A stretch of 64,000 nt of DNA from Haliotis rufescens (lineage: Eukaryota): assembly GCF_023055435.1 (NCBI RefSeq), contig NW_025963846.1:15810001-15874000 (forward strand), read 5' to 3'. The translations under genes and the position numbers were made by a program. Each line of letters begins with the position of its first letter. Within the stretch, counting starts at the first letter, position 1. Below are positions 51,333 through 64,000 of the stretch, in pieces. The notes below the pieces were generated by a model. The model did not search any database and was not told the DNA's origin. It saw nothing but the letters and a program-made list of their open reading frames with translations.

Positions 51333-51979
51333 TATTTCCAAAAGACACATGGAAGTTAGGTATATGTTTAGGATAAAGCACGTCTGGGGGCTTTTTATGA
51401 TATTTAAAACCCGCATCCGTAAGGATAAAGGTTTTAGATATCATAAAACCCGAGGGGAAGTGCTTCTTACTTATAAAACGAAAAAGGAAACTTAAAACAA
51501 CATCATCAACATTTTTTGTTTCAAAATACTTTCCATGAACCTTAGGAAACGGGCATAAAATATCTGTTGCTGGCGTACAGAACTTGAAAAAGACATTCGT
51601 AAAAGCTTTGTGATTTATCAGTGCCTGTGTAGCCTTGTGGTACACTCACTGGGCTACAGATACGAAGGTTGCGTGTTTGATCCTCGGGAATATAAAGAAA
51701 AACATTTTTTCTCGTTTGATTTTGCATTTTATCACATTGTGTTAAAATGCAAAATAAATTACTACCGAGAAACATTAATATGTTACAATCTAAATGGAAA
51801 TTGTATAAACAAAATCCCCTGGATAGTATAACATCGATGTTTATGAGATTTAACCCAAATGGAGAACAATAGGATGACGTCATCGGAGGTTTATACGTGA
51901 AATTACAGAAGGGGTGTTGCGCAACTTTTCACCAGGTGTTTGATATATAATATATGAAATGGATCTCTACAAATGTACA

Positions 51980-52745
51980 ATATTCACACAAGAACACATC
52001 TAACAACGTAACATGTTTTATTGGAAAGCATTATGTGATTAATGGTTGAAGATAGTGTAATATTAATGACAGAACTTATGATGTGCTGCACAGATAAGGC
52101 AAGACAATAAAGGGAACATGACGTCTTCATTGTGGTAACACACAATCCGCTGGCCCGCTCACCACAAGATAGTTGATGGAACAAAGATGACGTCTTTCAT
52201 ACACAACCAACTGGCCCGCTCACCAACTCTTGAGGGGAGTGAGGGGAGGACAGTTGATGGAAGAATGATGACGTCTTCCCTGTGGTAATACCCGCCCAAC
52301 TGGCCCGCTCACCAACTCAATAGAGGAGATAGGGCAAGCCAGTTGATGGAACAAACATGACGTCTTTCATACACAACCAACTGTCCAGCTCACCAAGTCA
52401 TCAGGGAGTTAGGGCAAAACAGTTGATGGAAGAAAGATTACGTCTTTCATACACAACCAACTGTCCAGCTCACCAAGTCATCAGGGGAGTTAGGGCAAGA
52501 CAGTTGATGGAAGAAAGATTACGTCTTTCATACACAACCAACTGTCCTGCTCACCAAGTCATCAGGGAGCTAGTGCAAGACAGTTGATGGAAGAAAGATC
52601 ACGTCTTCCACGTGGTAATACACGACCAACTGTCCTGCTCATAATTCAAGGACATCAGCAGAGTTAGGGCAAGACAAATTATGGAACATACATGACTTCT
52701 TCCAAGTGGTAACACACGATAAACTGGCCTGTTCTCCAAACTGAT
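51980..52745. repeat. Second copy of the tandem-array-carrying element (about 80-95 bp units)
   Basis: Shares the flank ttggaaag..gattaat..ttgaagatagtgtaatat and the repeat unit with 19040-19800. Confidence 0.75.
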
Positions 52746-55700
52746 GGTTATAGTTTCAGTTTCATATTGTTTAACGCCGCACTCAGCAATATTCCAGCTA
52801 TATGACTGTCTGTAAATAATCAAGTCTTGACCAGACAATCCAGTGATTGCAATCATAAGCATCGATCCATGCAATTGAGATACGATGACATGCATCAACC
52901 AAGTCAGCAAGTTTGACCACCCGATCCTGTTTGTCGCCTTTTACGGCAAGCAGTCGCCTTTTACGGCAAGCATGTGTTACTGAAGACCTTATGGTTATAG
53001 GTGGAGTTAGGACATGACAGTTGATTGAACAAGATCAACATCATCATCATCAGTTAAGATTCTCATCACTGGCAGCTGAGTCAAATATTTCAAGCATAAA
53101 AAAGTTTACTATGGTTGTTGTGTCAATTAAACATGATATCCAGGTGATGGCAGGTCTAAACACTAATGCTGTTGTCCACCTTTTGATAACCTTTTATAAC
53201 AGACAGATATTTGTATAAATATAACTTGATCTTCATGCCTGAATTTCAACAATATGGTAATTTGGAATGGTTTTCCTTAATTAATACAAGAAAATGAATT
53301 CAATATTTGTTTGATTTGAACTTTTATTCATCTTTGGAATATCTCTCAAAATAACAAATTCATAACAGCTATAAGCACCAGACCAACTACAAGTTGGTTG
53401 GTGATAAATCAAAGATGTTTTCCACATTGTTTTACCAAGCTCAAAATTTCTTTTAAATTGTGAATGATAAAAAAATACAGTTTGGAGGATAACAAAACAT
53501 TCAAAAATGAAACACTAAACATTTTATTTTTATTCTTGGATGCTTATTTGAGCTGGGGTGCTCAATACAATTTAGAGGGGAAAACTTTAAAGAGAAAGAT
53601 TACAAATAATTGAGGAATACACATAATTATTATTAAATACACTGCAGCAGTGATATTGCATAGAAGGTAACAGTATATCAGTCAGTGGTGAGTTACTGTG
53701 TACATTGTTCCTATCATTAACAGTATTAACAGCAGCAGCTAAACTGTTGACAATTGAAGGCACATTGTGAAAAGGCACATAGTGAAACTGGACAAGTTTA
53801 ACAAAATATATAACACACTTTATAGAAAAAGTACTGCATTTCAAAGTTCATCAAAATAAGGCACTACACATTTACCTCCATGGTCAAGAAACTGGTGTCA
53901 ACTAGAATTCTTTTTCCTCTAGGAAACAAGAACAAGCATTTGATCGTTTCATTCTTTTTCCTGATAATACTTCAAATCGGTGTTGCATTCATGAGAACTA
54001 CTTTCATCAAGAAAACATTTACTGATCCTTGCATATTTTCAAAAGTTAACACAACCATTTCCGTTGCTGAGGAATTGCCTCCCCATGGTGACTATTTCAT
54101 AATGATTTTGGTTCAGCAAGTTGTTCATATTTCCAAGGTCATCGTCTGTCCGAATGTGACTGTTACAAACTCGCAACATACGCCACATTATTAATTGAGT
54201 TTCAATAATTTTGTCCCATCTGGAATGCTGCATGTTATGAAAAGAAATAACATATCAATAAATATCCTCATGAATTTATCATCAGTACTAGGTTTAATAC
54301 AAATTTAACCAAACTGATCAATACATAGACAATTACGTATGGAATGACTTCAATTATACTATTTGAAAATTATATTTTAAAAATATACAAAGATTTATAA
54401 AAAAAAATTATTCAAAAAGTCCTAGTGTGTGTTTTGTGCCTCCTAGTGAGTGAGTGAGTGAATGAGTTGGGATTAACACCCCTTTGTAATCAGTTTTCCA
54501 TTTATATCTCGGCCTGTCAGCTTCATGTGGGAGGAAAGCCCGAAGTGATGCAGGTCTAGACAAATTAGACTTGACCCATGATCAAAGGTTTCTGGCATGC
54601 CCAAAGGACGCAAGTCAGCATTGCAAATAGAGGCCCCTTAGATGACCGGGGGCCACCTGACCCCCCTTACCTTTGGTAATTATATGACCATGGGTATGAT
54701 GCTGACAGGACAAGGATTGTAAAGAGGGAGGTCTTGGATTTGAACCCACAATCAGGACAACCAGCAATGCTAGATCCTGCACACTGTGGCAACATACACC
54801 ACTGGACCGTCCACCTTACAAATACCTTCAGCAAAGTTTCAAATAAACTACTTTTTCAAAATGAAATGTCTGCTCAAATTGATATGAGAAATTCATCTAG
54901 ATTTCTCTGTCATCTGTTAATATAATGTTGATAAGTTCACACAAATACGAAACACAGTTATCTAAAGCTAGACACAAAAGGAGCTGATACCAATGAGCAA
55001 CCGCAATTGAGGAGGTTGTGCTTGTCGATTGTCATGATTGGATGTTTAAAGCATCGTTTGATTGGAACTTCCTTAAGTCTTATTGACTTATCATATTGAT
55101 TTGTCATATGTCAATGTGTAAAAACAATATTCATATAAACAAACAATGCTGAAATAAAAAAGACAGGTAATGTTTTTGGGGTAAACTATGCGACACGGCT
55201 ACAAATAGGGACAAATGTGTTCCACTAAGCCAGCTATGTCACCTCTACATCAATACAGCATGCTTCAGGTGATAAGTCAAGGTAACTGACTTCTCATTTA
55301 GCTAAGAAAGGCCGTCACCCAGAACATCTGAGCTATGCATTTCCCACCTTTCACCAACAGCTGACCTGTACTAGATGACATTCAGGCAACACATAAACAT
55401 GTTACATCAACCTGTACAGGCTGAATCACCATCATTTCATTTACGGCTCTGAATGTTTTTGAAGAATATTTGAAAATTATTTTTAACTTTTAGTCAAGAA
55501 ATGGCCTCCAAATTTATTCCAAAGACATTTCTACCTTCCTTTATAGTCATATATATAAAGAGAATACTGACACAAACACTATTTATCAACTACAACAATC
55601 TGTCGCCTAGATTACAGAATTCTAAACAACAAATAGCTACCAGCCTTGATGTAATTAAACTTTGCAAAAAATACTTTTTAGAAATGCTCAACATTCAATG

Positions 55701-56443
55701 GACCAAACAATTACAAAGCTCTTACAGCTGTACCGGTAGGAGAAATATCTGTACTCAATACAAAGGAACTGTACACCAGAGCAATATACAAAAAGGTGTA
55801 CCTACTCGCATCAGGAAATAATATGCATACAATACAGCTGTTAAGGAAGGGTAGATAAGATACACAATGATATATACAGCCAGGAGGATGTACATAACGA
55901 AAATCAATCAAATGATTGACACACACAGAGTGATAATAATACTATAATTCACTGGAACACAAGCATTTGTTTACATAATTCGTACAGCATCTTGTGCCTC
56001 GCACATATTTAAGACCATGCCAAAATTAATAAAATTATGACATCTGATTTCTGTTCATATTGATAAATTGATCAACAATTCTCTCTGCCAAGAACTCAAC
56101 CACATATACTCATGGAAACAAATAAGGTAACATATAGCAATGCAACAGTTTGCAAGAAATAAGCTTAATCAGCAATAACAAGAGCTTATTCTCAGGATCA
56201 AGTCCATTATTTCAGTGTTAGCAACCTCCATTCATCCTTGGGACAACACACTCAAACCTTCACACATGTTCCCTTATTTCTTTGCATGAGTATATTCCTA
56301 CATATTCACATTCACAGGGCTTTAATGATACGTTAAAGCATAACGTATCATTTTTAGCGGAATGTCAAATAATTATGTTAGTACTGACACATCAGATGGC
56401 CACACCTTGCATCAGGGATGTAACTAGGTCACCCCACTGCTGC

Positions 56444-56994
56444 CATCTTCCCGAGGCAAGTGAGTTAACTGACTATAAAAGTCCAGTTTCCACCCATGCC
56501 GAACTAGGCTGGTATTATGGAGTTACATTTTGGCTGGACTAACGAGTACATGCATAGTCCAATCAAAATCGTGCAACGAAATCGAAATCCGGTTTGTAAA
56601 CTGTCATGCAGATATCGGTCGACGGCAGCATTGCAATGCATGGTCACCGCTAACTCGTTGTCAACAGATATTTTCTAAAAAAAATTCATGTTTTTAATCA
56701 AGGTGCTCACGTGATTTGATGCACTTCACGATGTAAGACTCGTTTTATCACAATATAGATCTTGATTATCGATCAGATCGTCTTGACTGGGCGCCAATGT
56801 TTTGTTTGAAGCAAATGCAAGTGATTAGAGAGGTTGAATCTGATTGGTCAGTAGGAGAGGCATAGAAAGGACATACCGGTAACTCGCAATAGCCACTGGT
56901 GGCGCTACGATCGAGCCCAGAAATTCCAGCCTAATTCGGCAAGGGTGGAAGCTTGACTTTAAAAGTCAGTTAACTCTCTTGCCTCGGGAAGATG
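56444..56994. mobile_element. MITE with long (about 65-70 bp) imperfect TIRs and 9-bp TSD
   Basis: catcttcccgaggcaag...cttgcctcgggaagatg; flanks cactgctgc / aactgctgc. Internal sequence matches 2712-3071 in inverted orientation. Confidence 0.85.
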
Positions 56995-57380
56995 AACTGC
57001 TGCAAACTTGTCCACAACATATCAGCTGCACCCGTGTTCGAAATAGACCCAAGGCCGACAGATTTGTTCTTGGGGGTGAGAGTTCAGCAGGCTCTTATGG
57101 CCTGCAGTTTATTAAAGTAATTATTTGTCAGGCATAATTTAACTAATGTGACAAACATAACTTTCATATTTATAAACAGTAGGATTCGACCTTCAAATGG
57201 TGTATGACATTTAGTCGCAAAGATGTTTTACAAGCTAATAATTTCCTGATAAATGTAGGCTGCATCTATCACCACTGAGTCTGGGATTTCTGTGTGACAG
57301 CAGTAAATGTTTCGGGTTGACTGGTTGTGTTATGTAATTAATATTCCAAGAGTATGTCTCTCAGCTTCAGCTAAAATGTT

Positions 57381-57470
57381 TGGGCCTAAAGTTTTTCCAC
57401 TGGGCCTACAGTTTTTCCACTGGGCCTACAGTTTTTCCACTGGGCCTACGTTTTTTCCTTGGGGCCTACA
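57381..57470. repeat. 20-bp tandem repeat x4
   Basis: tgggcctacagtttttccac. Confidence 0.85.
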
Positions 57471-60441
57471 CTGAGCTGAACCAGTACAGATCTGTCAGTA
57501 TCAACAGCTGGTGAATTTCCTTCACCAGGACGGCTCTTCATAAAGAAATCAGTTTACCTTCTTATTTCCTTAATGGACTCAAATCTCAAAAGGCATTCAA
57601 GCTATTTCTTACCATCAAAATACATATTCATTTCCTGTTTGTTAGACAAGTTAAATGCACAACAGTTGAAGAGGTGAGTGTATAAATAACAGCAACTATC
57701 CAGGAAGATGACAAAGTCGTGGGGGAGTAAAATATGATACTGTCGTATGAGAAGACAAATACACTGGAACCTTGACCTTAAACATGTCCACTACTCACAC
57801 ACATTCCATACAATGCCTTCCTCCAAACAGGTGCTTTAAGTAACAAAGTATCTATGTAGATAACTTCTATATGTTGTACCCACAGCTGGTCGTTCTTATT
57901 ACAAAACTGAGTTTCATGTCTAATCACGATTAGTTATTGATTAGTGATGGGGTGGATGTTGAAATTACAAACTACAATTACCTAAACATGCCAAATGTAT
58001 GTCACATATTTTTGTATGTCATTTTAGGGGAACCTTTCACTAGTGCTTGTCAATATCCTAATGGCTCTCCCACAGGATTTCACAAACAATGTCTATTTTC
58101 CTTCCCCACCTTCTTCCCTCCCCACCCCTTGTAAAGTGTTTATATTTTTCACATCCTTCCCCAATCCCTCACAAATGCACGTGAAAATGAACAAGGTGGA
58201 ATACAGGGTAAGGATGTACCAGTTAACTCTGAAAAGAACAGGACTTTCATTACAATACAAATATTACACTATGACTGTTACAGCAGGCACACATTGCCCA
58301 CCTTGGTTATAAGGACGACAGATCTCCTCAGTCAACTTAAACACATTTCCACCACGATCTCTACCTAGGTACATGTACTACTCAAAAGAAATTAAAGAAC
58401 AAGTGAATATACGGCTGATGGGTATTGCTACACAGCCTTCCAATTGTGGGCGTTCTTTAACCTTTTTTGAGTAGTATATATACTACTCAGCTTATGTAAG
58501 GTTGCATAAAAAGAAAAATATTTCTCAGGCACATTTGCTCAGATTCTTTTTAATGAAAACAAAACTGATTAGGAACTAACAGTTCATAATTTCTTTCAAC
58601 CAAGAATACCAACAAACAAGACTGCACTCATTGAACTGTATTTTATGATAATAGCATCTCATTCATATATGAGGGAAATTTGTAAATAACTTTTAGCAGC
58701 AATAAAGATGACAGTTGCACAGGATTTAAACTGATGCACTTATGCCCGAGAAACATTTCCTTTTTTTCGCAGCCTTAGGGGTACCAGGCTATTTCACACT
58801 GTAACAATAAAACAGGGAATAACAAAATACAGACATGTGCACTTACGTTTGTTTGTTTGTTTTGAAATGAAGCTTGTCAAGTTATGTTAGTTGCAATACA
58901 ACATACAATATAATATATTCATATCTTGCATAAATGTCTAATGGAGTCCCCAGGGGAATATCCCTACCACAAGTTGAGCAGTATACACACTGCTACGTTT
59001 CTCCCCAGCATCTGTTGTCCTCAATGGCAAGTTAGCAGCAGTCCTGTGTGCGATGTGATCCCAACTTATCAGTGAACAAACATAACAAGCAAATATCAAC
59101 ATGAAATATTTCCTGTCCTGGTTCAATCTCAAAGTTTACTTCCCTTTCACAGTCAAAGGGTTGATACTTTTTATCACATTTCCCACACAACTGCCTGGAC
59201 TTGAGGAGACCCTTCCCAGAGTAATCTGTACTTCAAATACACAACTTCAGTATATATATATATATATCCGACATAGTCATTTCCTATAACATAACAGTTC
59301 CAATCCTTCTGAAGGATGAAACAATACCTCAAGGCAGTTTTGTTCTGACAGAGCTCGTTATGACTGAATACAGTAAAGTAGCACTACTCATACTCTGATA
59401 CAATGTGTGTGTACATCTACATGGGCTTGGCATACCATTACCAGATGTTCCACAATGCTCAACCACTACAATGACTAAGATCAGCTTTTTGTAAAAAACA
59501 CTTTGATGAAGCATAATTTTATGCATTATTTCAAGTCAATATTTTGCCTCTATGAATGTATAAACATATGAGCCTCTCCAAAGTTAGTCAATGAAAAAAT
59601 GTTACATAAAAATGGGATGTGTGGGTTTTTCTTATTTTTTAATATTTTTTTGGGGGGGGGCAGCAAATAAGGACACTTCAAAGATCAATCTAAGCACCCC
59701 CTGCACCACACTCCCTATAATAAATGGCTTGACCCTTATTGTGATCCTTACACATTTTTTTCCATTTGTTTACAGAAACATGTTACCCAAACTTTTAACT
59801 CTCCAAGTCTCCTGAACGTCACTCAACAATATCAAGACGTTTAACAACAAAAGGGTGTCCGTATTTTTACAAAAAGTTTAAGTTTTTAAGTAATGAAATT
59901 AGTTTTCACAGGGTAATTTTGTTGCAACATCTCTTAAAATCTCTTAAGCATAATAAAAAGTGAGTGAAAGATGCCCAACATCTACTTAATTCATGACCTG
60001 TTGCCTGTCACTGGCCACTGATGTTATTCTGTCAATCTACTTAATTCTTAACCCTATTGAACTGGAGGTAACATGCCTAGTTCTGTCTATTGATGTTGTT
60101 CTGTCTGAATGTTAACAAACGGCACAGAGTTGAAGCATATCCCTAAGCCTTGGGGACATAAGGAGTCCAGGTGTTCACTTCCTCCACACCCCAACTCCAG
60201 GACCACGTGTGGCTTGACAGTTTATTAAACTTCCCTCTGCGTCACACCGTGACACAAGCACGGATCAATGATAATAACTGGTGTGAATCTGAGATTCGAA
60301 CCCATGACCAGCAGATCCCAGCAGACACAACTCAAAGAGCACCCTAAACCACTGAGACATTGATGCCTCCCAGACAACTATAACCTTGGTTATATTTATA
60401 CACCACAGAGCATATTGAATATTGCAATAAGTCTATAAAAG

Positions 60442-60740
60442 ACTTGTATTCATAACCTATTGTACGAGTCTTGTATTTATAACCTATTGAACAGGTCTTG
60501 TATTCATAACCTATTGTACGAGTCTTGTATTTATAACTTATTGAACAGGTCTTGTATTCATTACCTATGGTACGAGTCTCGTATTCATAACCTATTGTAC
60601 GAGTCTTGTATTCATAACCTATTGTATGAGTCTTGTATCCATAACCTAATGAATAAGTCTTGTATCTATAACCTATTGAACAGGTCTTGTATTCATAACC
60701 TATTGTACAAGTTTTGTATTTATAACCTTCTGAACTAGTC
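60442..60740. repeat. Minisatellite, 27 bp x11
   Basis: tcttgtattcataacctattgtacgag with a ..gaacagg variant. Confidence 0.93.
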
Positions 60741-61373
60741 TTGGTAATCTGTGATCTCAGTTCTCAAGTATAGTCTACATGAACATTAACTCTCTGGATG
60801 ACATCACATTGGGGTCCTTAGATAAAGCCATGATTGAAACATCTCAAAATTCTCAGGGATGCTCAGCCTGACTTATTGACAAAGGTAAAAAAACCCGATA
60901 TGTTTATCCTACAGATATTGTGTTTATTGAAGTATAGGAGTTACCATGGTAATGACAGTCAAAGCACCAAAGAACAAGCCATGGAACAAGGCTGTGAGTG
61001 CTCTATCCACAGACACTAATAGGAGGGATGGCCCTTACACCTGTTCGTTTTAGGTTTTTGCTAGAGTGCCACGTAAATTACCATTTCAGTTTAGTGTTAA
61101 GACATTTTCCAAGCATGAACTAAAAATGAAGATTAAGGGACACAATTTTGTGAGGATAGTGATGCATATTGAAGAGTGAACGATGTGCAATAGTGTCAGC
61201 TGTCTCTAAATAATGGTATGGTCACTTCAAAACGTGATGACAATATGTACATGAGATGTGTCACGTCATCACACCGTTAGTGATGAAGCAAATATCGCAA
61301 CTTGCGGCTGCAAAATTCATCCTATGCTCAAGCCCATGAAGATATATACACTGACCAATGAGAATCAATCAAC

Positions 61374-63296
61374 TCAATGACCTGTCGACTGCCTGGCTGC
61401 AATGATTAGTGGTTTTAGTGTAGTGAGCGGCATGGCTTTCTTCAGGAAAGCGTGTTCGAGCAGGTCTGAGGCATTTGCCCTCTTCTCGACATCCACCTCC
61501 AGACAGGCGTGCAGGAAGGAACGCAGCTCCTCGGACAGTTTGCCTTCATTTTTTATCTCTGGTTTGCCGATGGTGGCAATCCTGAAGATGGCTTTCAGCG
61601 GAGTTTCATTGAGGTACGGTGGCTCCCCCTCCAGCATCTCAATGATCATGATACCCATACTCCAGATGTCCACCTTGTTGCCATACTGCTTCCTGGAAGA
61701 CACAGACAGTACAGTGGGAGCGAAGCATACTTTGTTTATTTCTTGTTTTACGTCACACTCATTAAGGCTAGAAAAAATAACAGTCTTGGTTCTCAGGTAC
61801 TGCCTGCATTATCATAAAGTTCCCTGCACATTTCCTTACATATATCAAGTCCAAATATGATGGCATGCAATCAAACAAGTGACCAAACTTGACCAGTAAG
61901 TTGGCTCGAACGACAAGCATAGGACGCTGGGATCAATTTTGATATGGAATCCCCACACTTTGCGAAGCATAATGCTTCCTGGAAGACACAAGGACAGATA
62001 TCTCACCCATCATTTAATGAAAGATAAGACAATTTCTCCCAAACATTACCTAGAAATTCTTATCATAAATGTTAAATGAATGAAGAATATCAATATGCAG
62101 TTTATCAATCACTGAGACATAAATCCTAGAGAAGCTTACCTGGAGACAACTTCTGGCGCCATCCAATACGGCGTTCCCACCATAGTGTCACGCTTACTCT
62201 TCTCTCCACTAAGTTGAGCACAGAAACCGAAGTCAGTCAGCTTGACAGCACCAGTCATTCCAAGCAGTACATTATCACTCTTAATATCCCTGTGAATAAT
62301 ATTCCTCTCATGAAGAAACTTAAGCCCAACGAGGCACTCGCGACATACAGCTGCAATCTGGCCCTCTTTCATGATGGTTTCTGTGACAACATCAGTCAAG
62401 GCGCCACCGTCCAGGTACTCCATGATCACCCAAAGTTCAGTATCTAGCATGTAACAGTCCAGGAAGTTTACAATGTTGTCATGGCGATATGTTTTCATGA
62501 CTTCGATCTCAGTAACAATGAGCTCCTTCTTGGGTTGGTTATTCAAGTCCATCATTTTAATCGCCACGACAACATCCTCATTGGCCTTCTCTCGGGCGAG
62601 ACACACCGTCCCAGATGCACTGAAGACACAACATGTTGAAGTGAGTTAGTTAGTTGGTGAGTTTAACACAAGTCTGAACCATGTTGTTACAGTCTTATCA
62701 TGGGCAACAGTTTTCAAATGTCCACCTGACTTGACCTGGGTGCCGTTTCACAAAACAACCTTGGCACTATGACTGTCGTAAGTCTATGTTAAGGTATGAA
62801 GTTACAATCACCTTAGCGCTAAGACCGCTTTGTATAACGGCATCCAGAAGTCTTACATGAAGAATATCTTGTTTGTGTGTCATACCAGTGAGCACATGTT
62901 AACTGTACATAGTTGTGACACAGGTGTTTGTTATACCATTGTGCATCTGTTAAACTACACTTGAGAAGCTATGCATTACATAAGACAGAGGTGATTAAAT
63001 AGTATGACATAAGAAAGAAAAACTCTGAACAGTATCCTGGATTATCAAGTGCATTATATCTCAAATCTATTTTGCTTCCTTGACTCAATCGCATGTAGAG
63101 ATCTTAGCTCAAAGACCATCTTAACTCCCATACATAGGCTTACATCAGTCTTAGCACTAAGACAGCTTGGTGCAAGTGGGCCCAGGACCCTTTACGACAC
63201 AGGAAAGATCAGGAAACTTTTTTGGGTCTTACCCTGATCCTAACTTTTTCTTGATCTCAAACTTCTGCTGTGGGTCCCCTGCACTGGCAATCTTCC
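61374..63296 (-). CDS. Pak3: p21-activated Ser/Thr kinase (PAK/STE20 family, MAX-2/fly Pak3-like), last three coding exons; 5' part lies beyond the window
   Basis: Exons 63296-63233 ([21 protein letters not shown]), 62619-62140 ([32 protein letters not shown]) and 61692-61374 ([23 protein letters not shown]) splice in frame at GT-AG sites. All catalytic motifs are intact. Confidence 0.95.
62737..62847. mobile_element. Short MITE (about 110 bp) in PAK intron; second copy at 44500-44605
   Basis: Imperfect TIR ctgggtgccgtt / aacggcatccag; shared core gactgtcgtaag..tatgttaaggtat..gttac.atcaccttagcgcta. Confidence 0.7.
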
Positions 63297-64000
63297 CTGA
63301 AAGACACACAAACATATTCTCATGTTTCAGAACAGATCTTGTTAACAGGGATGAACAATATCAATAAGGCAAAAAGGTTTTAAGACATGTAAGATCTGGT
63401 CATAACTTTCACACCATACTTTAATTTAAACACTTGTTATGTGAGATCACCAGACAAAAAAATCAGCTTCAGATTCACCTTAAAATTTGGCAGACTTCTA
63501 GTCAATTTTGATGAAATATTTTTGACAGTATGTACTGAATTTGTACTGAATATAACTTGAAAAAAGTACACATTGCTAGCAAGAGGAATCCAGCTGAGCA
63601 CGGTGTATTGTTTATATCCTTGATCTGATTTCGATCATGCTTTAGAACAAGCTCTCTGATTGGTTGATCAGACTTCTACGTCACCAGTTCGGCAGTGCAT
63701 TGTAAGTAGCCATGGCAGATCACACTGGCTGCTCAAAATGTATATTTTTCATATGATGACGGCCTATCAAGGATGAATTCATTATTCATGGTGGGAAAAA
63801 TCAAGGAGATACAAAAACTTATTCATCAATATCAAAACAAAGACTGCAGACAGGAAAAGTTTCTGATTTTGTAATAAAAACGCCATTTTGGTCACACACC
63901 AACAACAAAATCCGTACAAATACACTTTGTCTCCAGAGAATTGACCTTTTCTTATTTCCTTGTCCAGAGACAAGTTCACAATTTTGATATTTCCCCACCC

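Noticed and set aside
53300-61373. About 8-kb PAK 3' UTR ending at minus-strand AATAAA (53323-53328)
   Set aside because: Many alternative AATAAA sites exist in this AT-rich DNA, so it cannot be supported without transcripts.

Overview
Eukaryotic (animal) genomic DNA, repeat-rich and intron-containing. The SINE families look molluscan, possibly abalone (Haliotis); this is from memory and not verified. The main content is missed by the ORF track: a + strand tandem cluster (about 3.6-50.2 kb) of five complete-looking 4-exon genes plus a sixth partial or degenerate copy. They encode small secreted peptides with a 21-aa signal peptide, an N-terminal Gln and an invariant 10-Cys framework C-x3-C-x4-C-x4-C-x2-C-x4-C-x9/11-C-x3-C-x5-C-x6/7-C. 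This resembles a stand-alone furin-like (R-spondin FU1-type) repeat with one extra Cys pair. The paralogs share promoter blocks, splice sites and a terminal exon with AATAAA, and two end in amidation signals. The cluster converges on the last three exons of a PAK kinase gene (- strand, MAX-2/fly Pak3-like). The rest is Tc1 transposons, Penelope-like RT fragments, an RLE-LINE tail, SINEs, MITEs, minisatellites, a 1.44-kb tandem duplication and two assembly gaps. All exon models were spliced and translated by hand; no expression data or database searches were available.
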